DNA from: a bacterium
Lineage (GTDB): Bacteria > Zhuqueibacterota > Zhuqueibacteria > Residuimicrobiales > Residuimicrobiaceae
Direction of reading: 5' to 3'
Assembly (NCBI GenBank): GCA_035353815.1
Contig: DAOQAG010000009.1
Location: 29,691 to 93,690, forward strand
DNA length: 64,000 nt
Positions 52,305-60,204 of this stretch are shown here, piece after piece. Both the position numbers and the translations under genes were made by a program. How positions within the stretch are numbered: position 1 is the stretch's first letter; the number at the start of each line of letters is the position of its first letter. A model generated the notes under the pieces. The model did not search any database. It had not been told where the DNA came from and worked only from the letters and a program-made list of their open reading frames with translations.

Positions 52305-53372
52305 ATGGATACTGGTCAGAATGAAATTGCCGCGATACTGGAAAAGATCCACGCGGTCAAAATACTCCTCTATGGCGATTTTTGCCTGGATGTGTACTGG
52401 ACGCTCGATCCGCGCGGTTCGGAGATTTCCGTGGAAACCGGATTGCAGGCGCTGGCAGCAGGCAACCAGAACTACTCTCTGGGTGGTGCCGCCAATGTCG
52501 CGGCCAATCTGGCTGCGTTGAACCCCCGGCAGATCAGAATCACCGGTGTCGCCGGGGACGATATTTTTGGACGCGAAATGATCGCACAGCTGAGTCGGAT
52601 CGGCGTCGATATCAGCGGACTGGTCCTGCAAAACGGTTCCTTCGAGACCTATGCCTTCTGCAAGCTTATTCTCGAAGGCAACGAGCAGCCCAGAATCGAT
52701 TTCGGCCGCTACAACCGAAGAACTCTGGAGGCCGATGCCAGGGTTCTCGAGTATTTGCAGCGGGAATCCCGGGAAGTGGATGTCATCCTCATCAATCAGC
52801 AGATCCCCGAGAGCATCACCAACCGCTCCTTCATTGACGGCATCAACCGCCTGGTCAGGGAGCTGCCGGACAAGATGTTTATCGTCGATTCCCGTCATCA
52901 TGCAGCTGATTTTGAAGGGGTCGCGCTGAAAACCAACCAGGTCGAAGCGGCCCTCCTCTGCGGGGTCAAAGCAGCGCCCGGTGCCCGATTCGAGGCGGAG
53001 AAGGTCCGAAGCTTTGCCCGAACCCTCTACGCTAGGAATCAAAGACCCTGCTTCATCAGCCGCGGCCGGCACGGGATCATCGCCTGTGACGCCGCGGGCA
53101 TCCACGAAATTCCCGGGCTGCGATTCCGGAAAAAACTCGACACCGTCGGCGCCGGTGATACAACCTTGAGCGCCATCGCCTGCGCCCTCGCCGCGGGCGT
53201 CGACACCCCGCAAGCCATCGCCCTGGCCAACTTCGCTGCAGGCGTCACCGTACAAAAGCTCTTTCAGACCGGGACGGCGAGCCCGGAGGAAATCCTCGCC
53301 CTCTGCGCCGATCCCCATTACCTCGCTCTCCCGGAACTGGACGGGAATACCACCTCTCACTGGACATCATAA
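52305..53372 (+). CDS. PfkB/ribokinase-family carbohydrate kinase
   Basis: ATG at 52305 with AAGGA 7 nt upstream; the track start 52302 is GTG. LLYGDFCLDVYW, SLGGAANVAANLA, and the C-terminal PfkB signature DTVGAGDTTLSAIACALAAG. The opposite-strand ORF 52269..53360 has no such motifs. Confidence 0.85.
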   Translation: MDTGQNEIAAILEKIHAVKILLYGDFCLDVYWTLDPRGSEISVETGLQALAAGNQNYSLGGAANVAANLAALNPRQIRITGVAGDDIFGREMIAQLSRIGVDISGLVLQNGSFETYAFCKLILEGNEQPRIDFGRYNRRTLEADARVLEYLQRESREVDVILINQQIPESITNRSFIDGINRLVRELPDKMFIVDSRHHAADFEGVALKTNQVEAALLCGVKAAPGARFEAEKVRSFARTLYARNQRPCFISRGRHGIIACDAAGIHEIPGLRFRKKLDTVGAGDTTLSAIACALAAGVDTPQAIALANFAAGVTVQKLFQTGTASPEEILALCADPHYLALPELDGNTTSHWTS

Positions 53373-53387
53373 CCGGGTAAAAACAGC

Positions 53388-55001
53388 ATGACGATCAAGG
53401 GTAAACACGGCCTCCTGGGAATAGTCTTGCTCGCTTCCCTGGGCCGGACACAAACGACGGTTGAAGTGTGGCAGCAGACGGAGCTGACCTTTCACAGCAG
53501 CAAGACCTATTCCTCCCCCCTGCTGGAGGTTGACCTTATGGGGTTATTCATCAGCGACTCCGGCGACACCCTGCGGCGTCCCGCGTTCTGGGACGGCGAG
53601 GGCCAATGGAAAATCCGCTTCGCCCCGACCCGATGCGGGATCTGGCAGTATACCCTCGCCGGCCGCGAGGTGGGGGATTTTACCGGACCCGCAGCCGGCA
53701 CCCTCCAGGCCGTGCCGTACTGCGGTTCCCTGGAAACCGGCCGCAACGGCTTTTTGAAAATCTCGTCCGACCACCGCCGCTTCACCTATGACAACGGCAG
53801 GCCCTTCTTCTATCTGGCCGATACCCACTGGTTCCTGCCCCTGGAGAAATGGGAGGAGTGCAACGCTCCGGATTGCACCTCGCAGTTCAAATTCATGGTG
53901 GATGAACGCGCCCGGCAGGGTTTTACGGTCTATCAGGTGCAGACGAATGGAAAAAAAATGGTCTCCGACAGCGTCACCAGCGTGGATCTGGAGGCCTTTC
54001 GGGATCTCGACCGCAAGTTTGACTATCTCGCCTCCCGGGGATTTGTGATCAATACCTCGATCGGCTCGGCGCACAGTTTTGCCCTGGTGCTGGGTATCCA
54101 CGGTGCCGAGCGTCTTGCCAAATACTGGGTCGCCCGCTATGGGGCCTACCCGGTCCTGTGGATGACCGCTCAGGAGGTCGATCTTGACCACAACCGCTAC
54201 ATTGAAATCTGGAAGGCCGCCGCTCGGACCATCGCGGCCTTCGATGACTACCATCATCCGCACAGCGCTCACTTGTGGGATAATTCCAATCCAGCACGGT
54301 TTGACCGTGAGGAGTGGCACACCTTCCATATGATCCAGGGCGGGCATATCATATGGGGCGGTGGCACGCAGGTGAAGGCCTTCTATGAACACTACTTCGA
54401 ACATCAGCCGATCAAACCGATGCTCGAATCAGAAGCCAATTATGAGGGGCTCGGCAAGGAAAGACAATGCACCACCACGGATATCCGCAATGCCGCCTAT
54501 AAATCGATCCTGTGCGGCAGTCCGGGGTTTGGCTATGGCGTGCAGGGAATCTGGCAGGATTGCTATACACCCGCTGAGTGCGGCTGTTGCATGGAATGGG
54601 GCACTCAATCCTGGTTGGATGCGCTCTGCGCACCGGGGGGAGAGCAGATGCGCCATTTGCGCGAGTTTTTCGCCTCTCTGGCCTGGGAACGGCTCGTGCC
54701 GCGCTTTGATGACCCGGCGTGGATCGAGATAGCGGGCACCTCTGCCCGGGAGCGGGAAAAGGCCGTTCTCGCGACCGTCACTAACCAGATCTATCTCCTC
54801 TACCTCTACTCGGACCAAGAGCTTCCAGTCATGCTCAAGGGGCTCGATCCAGGCCGCACCTACCAGGCGCTCTGGTTTGATCCGCGCCAGGGAAAGTATC
54901 TAAAAGCTGCGGCAGCTCTACTCGGCGGATCGAGCAACTGGCGCGTGCCGGCGAAACCGACGCCTGACGATTATCTGCTGGTCCTCTCCACGCTCCCGTA
55001 A
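53388..55001 (+). CDS. DUF4038-type glycoside hydrolase, GH140-like (with N-terminal DUF5060-like beta-sandwich)
   Basis: Signal peptide. RPAFWDGEGQWKIRFAPTRCGIWQY (DUF5060-like). NGRPFFYLADTHWFL, YPVLWMTAQEVD, MLESEANYEG (DUF4038-like TIM barrel). C-terminal beta-sandwich. Confidence 0.7.
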   Translation: MTIKGKHGLLGIVLLASLGRTQTTVEVWQQTELTFHSSKTYSSPLLEVDLMGLFISDSGDTLRRPAFWDGEGQWKIRFAPTRCGIWQYTLAGREVGDFTGPAAGTLQAVPYCGSLETGRNGFLKISSDHRRFTYDNGRPFFYLADTHWFLPLEKWEECNAPDCTSQFKFMVDERARQGFTVYQVQTNGKKMVSDSVTSVDLEAFRDLDRKFDYLASRGFVINTSIGSAHSFALVLGIHGAERLAKYWVARYGAYPVLWMTAQEVDLDHNRYIEIWKAAARTIAAFDDYHHPHSAHLWDNSNPARFDREEWHTFHMIQGGHIIWGGGTQVKAFYEHYFEHQPIKPMLESEANYEGLGKERQCTTTDIRNAAYKSILCGSPGFGYGVQGIWQDCYTPAECGCCMEWGTQSWLDALCAPGGEQMRHLREFFASLAWERLVPRFDDPAWIEIAGTSAREREKAVLATVTNQIYLLYLYSDQELPVMLKGLDPGRTYQALWFDPRQGKYLKAAAALLGGSSNWRVPAKPTPDDYLLVLSTLP

Positions 55002-55024
55002 CCCGTGCCACGGGCCGGCTGCGG

Positions 55025-56161
55025 TTATTGGGGCCAATCGCCGGATCCATGGGCGAATTTCAGGCAGGCCGGAGCGGTCGTCGCGAACGTGCACGGCATG
55101 GGCCGCGGCAGGCCGTTCTTCCCGTCGAGCGCAAAGAGTGCCAGATTATCCGAGCGCTGGTTGGCGACGAGCAGATATCGCCCGGTAGGATCGATGGCAA
55201 AATTGCGCGGCCAATCCCCGCCGCAGGGGGTGTGGCCGGCGAGCGTGAGCCGGCCGTCCCGGCCGACGCGAAAGGTGACGATGGAATTGTGGCCGCGGTT
55301 GGTGCCATAGAGGAACTTGCCGCTTTTGCCGAAGTGGAGATCAGCACAGTAATTCACGCCGGAAAATCCCGCGGGCATAGTGCTGAGAGTCTGGATCTCC
55401 CGCAGCAGCCCGGAGGCGGCAACGGCAAAAACGGTGAGGGTCGAGTTGCGTTCGTTGATCACATAAAGGGCCGAGCCCTTGCGATTAAAGACGAAATGGC
55501 GTGGACCGGCGCCCTTGGCCAGGGCGACCTCGCCGTCCGCGACCGCGTGCAGTTTGCCGGTCACATGGTCCAGGTTGAAGATCGAGATGCGGTCCAGTCC
55601 GAGGTCGGTGACATAGATATTCCTGCCGTCCGGCCCGGGCAAGATCATGTGGGCACGGGAGGTGCTCCCCGGAGGTCCCTGAAAGAGCAGGGTGTCGGTG
55701 ACCGCCGCCGGCAGGCCGCGGGCATCGAGGCGGACGACAGCGACCGAACCGCCGCCATAATTGGCCACCAGGAGATAATCCCCTGCCGGCGTCAGCGAGA
55801 TCTGGCAAGGGCCGCCGTTCGCCACGGCCAGTTCACCCGCCTTGCGGAGCGCACCTGTGGCCGGGTCGATGGCGAGCGTGGTGATCCCGCCCGCCTTGTG
55901 CCCCGCAAAGTCATCGACCTCATTGAGCGCATAGAGCAGGCCGTGTTGGGGGTTGAGGCAGAGAAAGGAGGGATTGGCGCCGGCCTCCACCGCGGCGACC
56001 AGGCGGAACCAGCCCGCACCGGGATCGAATTCGACGATCTGCACGCCGCCCTCGCCGGTGCCGGTGTACTTGCCGACGTAAAATCGGGCACTGCGGCTGC
56101 CCGCCAAAAGCGGAGAGACGATCATCATGATGCCACAGATCATGCAGATGGTTGTTTTCAT
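55025..56161 (-). CDS. exported 7-bladed beta-propeller lactonase (6-phosphogluconolactonase-like family)
   Basis: ATG at 56161 with GGGAG 8 nt upstream. Signal peptide MKTTICMICGIMMIVSPLLAG. Lactonase-propeller motifs (GANPSFLCLNPQHGLLYALNE, LLVANYGGGSVAV, PRHFVFNRKGSALYVINE, LLVANQRSDNLALF). Confidence 0.8.
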   Translation of the reverse strand: MKTTICMICGIMMIVSPLLAGSRSARFYVGKYTGTGEGGVQIVEFDPGAGWFRLVAAVEAGANPSFLCLNPQHGLLYALNEVDDFAGHKAGGITTLAIDPATGALRKAGELAVANGGPCQISLTPAGDYLLVANYGGGSVAVVRLDARGLPAAVTDTLLFQGPPGSTSRAHMILPGPDGRNIYVTDLGLDRISIFNLDHVTGKLHAVADGEVALAKGAGPRHFVFNRKGSALYVINERNSTLTVFAVAASGLLREIQTLSTMPAGFSGVNYCADLHFGKSGKFLYGTNRGHNSIVTFRVGRDGRLTLAGHTPCGGDWPRNFAIDPTGRYLLVANQRSDNLALFALDGKNGLPRPMPCTFATTAPACLKFAHGSGDWPQ

Positions 56162-56299
56162 ATCAAGCTCCCTGCACTCACTTTTCCGGTTATTTTTCCA
56201 TTTTCCTGTGCCGCCAAATTAGCCATTCGCCCGCTGAAAAACAAGCGCAATTCATCGCACGCGGCGGCCCCACCACACCCGCCAGCGCATGAAAAGAAC

Positions 56300-56328
56300 T
56301 TGCCAATTTCACGCTAAAAGCGTAGAAT
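56300..56328 (+). promoter_or_regulatory. candidate sigma70-type promoter for the GH2 - unknown - GH3 operon
   Basis: TTGCCA (56300-56305) - 17 nt - TAGAAT (56323-56328), about 35 nt upstream of the GH2 ATG (AGGAGA RBS at 56355). Confidence 0.55.
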
Positions 56329-56364
56329 ATAACGCAACAACTCGAGCCACTGACAGGAGATAAA

Positions 56365-59130
56365 ATGAGGAGAGGATCCATGCTTCCCCCCTTGCGGGAT
56401 GTGCTCTGGCTGATTCTGGCCGTTCTGTTCGCGGTGATCGCCGCCCCGCCGCAGGCTGCAGCGGACGCCGCGGGAAAGACGCGGCAGCGCATCTCTCTCA
56501 ATGCCGGCTGGAAATTCTTCAAGTATGATCAGGCCGGCCCGGCCGACTCACTGATCTATGATGTGCGACCGCCGGTCCGGAATTATGCCGATGGTCAGCC
56601 GGCCGACACCCGCCCCGGCGCGGCGGAAGAGCTCCACGCCGCCGGGCAGGTGCTTAAACCCTGGGTCCTGCCGACCGGCAATGAATTCCTCCCGGACAGT
56701 ACCCGGCATTTTATCCGTCCCCCAGGCGACCCGGGGAGCCGCTTTCCCTTCGTGCAAAAAGAGTTCGATGATCGGGCCTGGGAAGAGGTGAATCTGCCGC
56801 ATGACTGGGCCATCGCCGGGCCCTTCGTCCAGGGCGACGATAACGAAATCGGCGGCGGCATGGGGCGCCTGCCCAGTCCGGGCGTGGCCTGGTATCGTAA
56901 AAAGCTCGCTATACCGGCAAGCGATGCGGGGTGCTCCATCTTTCTCGATGTCGATGGTGCGATGTCCTATGCCATGGTCTGGGTGAACGGCCACCTCGCC
57001 GGCGGCTGGCCCTATGGCTATACCTCCTGGCGCCTCGACCTGACCCCCTGGCTGGTGCCGGGGGCCATCAACCAGCTGGCCATCCGCCTGGACAATCCCC
57101 CCGCTTCATCGCGCTGGTATCCGGGGGGCGGCCTCTATCGTAATGTCTGGCTCACCACGACCCGATCCGTCCATATCGCCTACTGCGGCACCTTTCTCAC
57201 CGCCCGTGCGGTCTCCCCCGCTGCCGCCACCCTCGATCTGCAAACCACGCTCGAGAATGATGCACGCGAAGAGGTCAGCGTCCGGGCCGTCACCCGGATC
57301 TATGCCCGCAACCGCCGCGGCACGATCGCCGGCAAGGCGGTGGCCAGCTTCCCGCCTGTCACGGCCCGGATCGCCGCGAGCGGCCGCCTCCGCCTCGACA
57401 CCTCGCTCGTCCTCCGCCATCCCCGGCTCTGGGGCCCGCCACCGCAGCAAGCTCCCAACCTCTATATCGCCGTAACCAGCGTGGAGCAGGAGGGCCGGAC
57501 CGTGGACCGCTACGAAACGCCCTTCGGCATCCGCGCCGTGCGCTTCGATCCGGACTCCGGCCTCTTTGTCAATGACCAGCCCGTCCGCATCCAGGGCGTC
57601 AACCAGCACCACGATCTCGGCGCCCTCGGTGCTGCCTTCCATACCCGGGCGGCCGAGCGGCAGCTCGAGATCCTCCGGGAAATGGGCTGCAACGCCATCC
57701 GCATGTCCCACAATCCGCCCGCTCCGGAGCTGCTCGAGCTGACCGACCGGATGGGATTTCTCGTCCTCGACGAGGCCTTCGACACCTGGGAGCTCAAAAA
57801 AAATCCGCTCGATTTTCACCTCATTTTTGCCGACTGGCACGAACAGGACCTGCGCGCCATGGTCCGCCGCGACCGCAACCATCCCTCGGTGATCCTCTGG
57901 AGCATCGGCAACGAGGTCGGCGAACAGTATACCGGCGCGCAGGGCGCGGCGCTGGCGCGGAGACTGCGCAAGATGGTGCGGGAGGAGGATCCCACCCGGC
58001 CCGTCACCTGCGCGATGAACTGGGCCAAACCCGATATGCCCCTGCCGGCCGAGCTCGACCTGATCGGCGTCAACTATCAAGGCGAGGGCATCCGCCAGGC
58101 CCCCGAATTCGCGGGGACGGACCGCATCCGCACCGCGCCGCAATACCCGGCCTTTCACCAGGCCTTTCCTGAAAAGGTGGTGCTCAGCACCGAGACCGCC
58201 TCGACGCTCAGCAGCCGCGGCGTCTACCTCTTTCCGGTCTCCAGCGAGCTCAGCGCGCCGGTCCGGGACGGCCGTGGCGGCGACCCCGGCTCGCGCCAGG
58301 TCAGCGCCTATGAACTCTATGCTGTCGATTTCGGCGCGAGCGTCGACAAGGTCTTCGGCTCGCTCGACCGCCATCCCTTTGTCGCGGGCGAGTTTGTCTG
58401 GACCGGATGGGACTATCTCGGGGAGCCGACGCCCTATTACGAATCCAGAAGCTCCTACTCCGGCATCATCGATCTGGCCGGATTCCGCAAGGACCGCTTT
58501 TACCTTTACCAGTCCCGTTGGCAGCCGCAGCTGCCCATGGTCCATATCCTGCCGCACTGGAGCTGGCCGGAACGCCTGGGCCAGATTACCCCGGTGCACA
58601 TTTTCACCTCCGGCGATGAAGTGGAGCTCTTCCTCAACGGCCGATCGCTCGGACGCAAACACCTTGGCCCCAATGAATACCGGCTGCGCTGGGACGAGGT
58701 GACTTACACTCCGGGAGAACTGAAAGCAGTGGCCTATAAAAATGGCAAGGAGGTGGCAACCGAGCGCGTCCGCACCACCGGCGCAGCCGCGCGCCTGGAA
58801 GCGCAGGCGGACCGGACCCGGATCGCTGCGGACGGCGAGGATCTGGCCTTCGTCACTGTGCGGGTCACCGACGCTGCGGGGCTCACCGTGCCGCGCGCCG
58901 GCAATCTGGTCCGTTTCACGGTCACCGGGCCCGGCGAGATCGCCGCCACCGACAACGGCGATCCGACCGACATGGTGCCCTTTCCCGCCGCAGAACGCAC
59001 GGCCTTCAGCGGTCTGGTGCTGGCCATCGTGCGTTCCCGGGCGGGCGCATCCGGCACGATCGTGCTTCAGGCGAGTTCGCCGGGGCTGAAGACTACACAG
59101 GTGGTCATCACAAGCGCAGCGAAAAATTAA
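56365..59130 (+). CDS. GH2-family glycoside hydrolase (beta-galactosidase/beta-glucuronidase-like)
   Basis: Signal peptide. LNAGWKF, NLPHDWAIAGPF, GVNQHHDLGALG, NAIRMSHNPPAPELLELTDRMGFLVLDE, WSIGNE. C-terminal Ig-like/DUF4982-like region. The alternative start is ATG 56380. Confidence 0.88.
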   Translation: MRRGSMLPPLRDVLWLILAVLFAVIAAPPQAAADAAGKTRQRISLNAGWKFFKYDQAGPADSLIYDVRPPVRNYADGQPADTRPGAAEELHAAGQVLKPWVLPTGNEFLPDSTRHFIRPPGDPGSRFPFVQKEFDDRAWEEVNLPHDWAIAGPFVQGDDNEIGGGMGRLPSPGVAWYRKKLAIPASDAGCSIFLDVDGAMSYAMVWVNGHLAGGWPYGYTSWRLDLTPWLVPGAINQLAIRLDNPPASSRWYPGGGLYRNVWLTTTRSVHIAYCGTFLTARAVSPAAATLDLQTTLENDAREEVSVRAVTRIYARNRRGTIAGKAVASFPPVTARIAASGRLRLDTSLVLRHPRLWGPPPQQAPNLYIAVTSVEQEGRTVDRYETPFGIRAVRFDPDSGLFVNDQPVRIQGVNQHHDLGALGAAFHTRAAERQLEILREMGCNAIRMSHNPPAPELLELTDRMGFLVLDEAFDTWELKKNPLDFHLIFADWHEQDLRAMVRRDRNHPSVILWSIGNEVGEQYTGAQGAALARRLRKMVREEDPTRPVTCAMNWAKPDMPLPAELDLIGVNYQGEGIRQAPEFAGTDRIRTAPQYPAFHQAFPEKVVLSTETASTLSSRGVYLFPVSSELSAPVRDGRGGDPGSRQVSAYELYAVDFGASVDKVFGSLDRHPFVAGEFVWTGWDYLGEPTPYYESRSSYSGIIDLAGFRKDRFYLYQSRWQPQLPMVHILPHWSWPERLGQITPVHIFTSGDEVELFLNGRSLGRKHLGPNEYRLRWDEVTYTPGELKAVAYKNGKEVATERVRTTGAAARLEAQADRTRIAADGEDLAFVTVRVTDAAGLTVPRAGNLVRFTVTGPGEIAATDNGDPTDMVPFPAAERTAFSGLVLAIVRSRAGASGTIVLQASSPGLKTTQVVITSAAKN

Positions 59131-59148
59131 CGGAGCCCTGACCCCTCT

Positions 59149-60057
59149 ATGCGCCTGTTTGCACTCCCCGTCCTTGTGTTGATCACCGCAGCACCCCTGC
59201 TTGCAGAGCAGCCCGCAGAGCTGGCGGCCGATAATGGCATATTGAAAGTCAAACTGGATTTGACGCGCGGCGGCGCGATCTGCTACCTCTCCCCTTCCGG
59301 CAGCGAGAGGAATCTGGTCAATATTTTTGATGAAGGAAGATACATCCAGCAATCCTACTATGCCGGTAAGGCCCTGGACCGCAAGGCGGAAGGGCAATCG
59401 CCGAAATGGTCCCCCTGGTGCTGGAATCCGATTCAGGTCGGCGATGAATTCCGGAACCGGGCGAAAATTCTCGAGTACCGGCATGACGGGGATTCACTTT
59501 TCGTCAAATGCATTCCGATGCAATGGGACATGAACAACCGCCCCGCTGAGGCTGAAATGGAACAACGGGTCCTGTTGATCGGCAATGTCCTGCAGGTCCG
59601 CTGCAAACTGGTCTGCCATAGAACCGATACGGTCTATGGGGAAGGCGAGCTGGTCGACCAGGAACTGCCGGCCGTGTATCCGATCTCCGCCCTTTACCGG
59701 TTGTATGCCTATCTCGGGCAAAAACCCTTCACCCTTGATACGCTCTCGGCGCTCAAGGTCAACTATCTGCAGGAAGGTTTTTGGGGGAGGTATCCGGCGG
59801 TCGGCGAACACTGGATGGCCTTTGTCGATGCGCAGGGCTGGGGAATGGGCGTCTATAACGCGCACTGCAGCGAATTCCTCGCGGGCATCGCTGGCCAGGC
59901 CGGCGGTGAAGCAACGTCCGGGGCGACATCCTATATTGCGCCGCTGCGGAAGGAGGCGCTGGGCAGGCGTTCCGTTTATGACTATGAGTATGCGATTATC
60001 GTTGGCCAGGTGGACGAAATACGGCAGCGAGTCTATCAACTGCACCGGCGTCCATGA
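59149..60057 (+). CDS. secreted hypothetical protein (302 aa), unknown family
   Basis: Signal peptide MRLFALPVLVLITAAPLLAE. Globular-looking sequence (WSPWCWNPIQVGDEF, MQWDMNNRP, ELPAVYPISALY). Placed 18 nt after GH2 and about 150 nt before GH3. Confidence 0.65.
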   Translation: MRLFALPVLVLITAAPLLAEQPAELAADNGILKVKLDLTRGGAICYLSPSGSERNLVNIFDEGRYIQQSYYAGKALDRKAEGQSPKWSPWCWNPIQVGDEFRNRAKILEYRHDGDSLFVKCIPMQWDMNNRPAEAEMEQRVLLIGNVLQVRCKLVCHRTDTVYGEGELVDQELPAVYPISALYRLYAYLGQKPFTLDTLSALKVNYLQEGFWGRYPAVGEHWMAFVDAQGWGMGVYNAHCSEFLAGIAGQAGGEATSGATSYIAPLRKEALGRRSVYDYEYAIIVGQVDEIRQRVYQLHRRP

Positions 60058-60204
60058 GCAGACGAGCGTGCGGTTTCAGATTTTTTTCCTGAAGCAGGCG
60101 AAGCGGCGTATCACACCGCTGGCAGCGTACATTCGCGCTGCTCCGGGGGGAAAAGGCGCTGAAGGGATTTGGATAGCGATATTCAAGAACATCAGGGAGC
60201 AGGA

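Noticed and set aside
57106-59484. 792-aa minus-strand ORF opposite GH2 and 795-aa ORF 60076..62463 opposite GH3; also 52269..53360 opposite PfkB, 53544..54404 opposite GH140-like, and 55028..56317 opposite the lactonase
   Set aside because: These are shadow ORFs. The chosen frames contain diagnostic motifs (WSIGNE, SDW plus PA14, DTVGAGD, ADTHW/ESEANYEG, lactonase repeats), and the rejected ones contain none.
59917-59928. S-G-A-T (context GEATSGATSY) in the 302-aa secreted protein as a possible ApbE flavinylation site
   Set aside because: A four-residue [ST]GA[ST] match is expected by chance somewhere among about 20,000 coded residues. The protein shows no FMN-binding-domain features. It is Sec-exported, whereas the only ApbE here lacks a signal peptide and lies 28 kb away.
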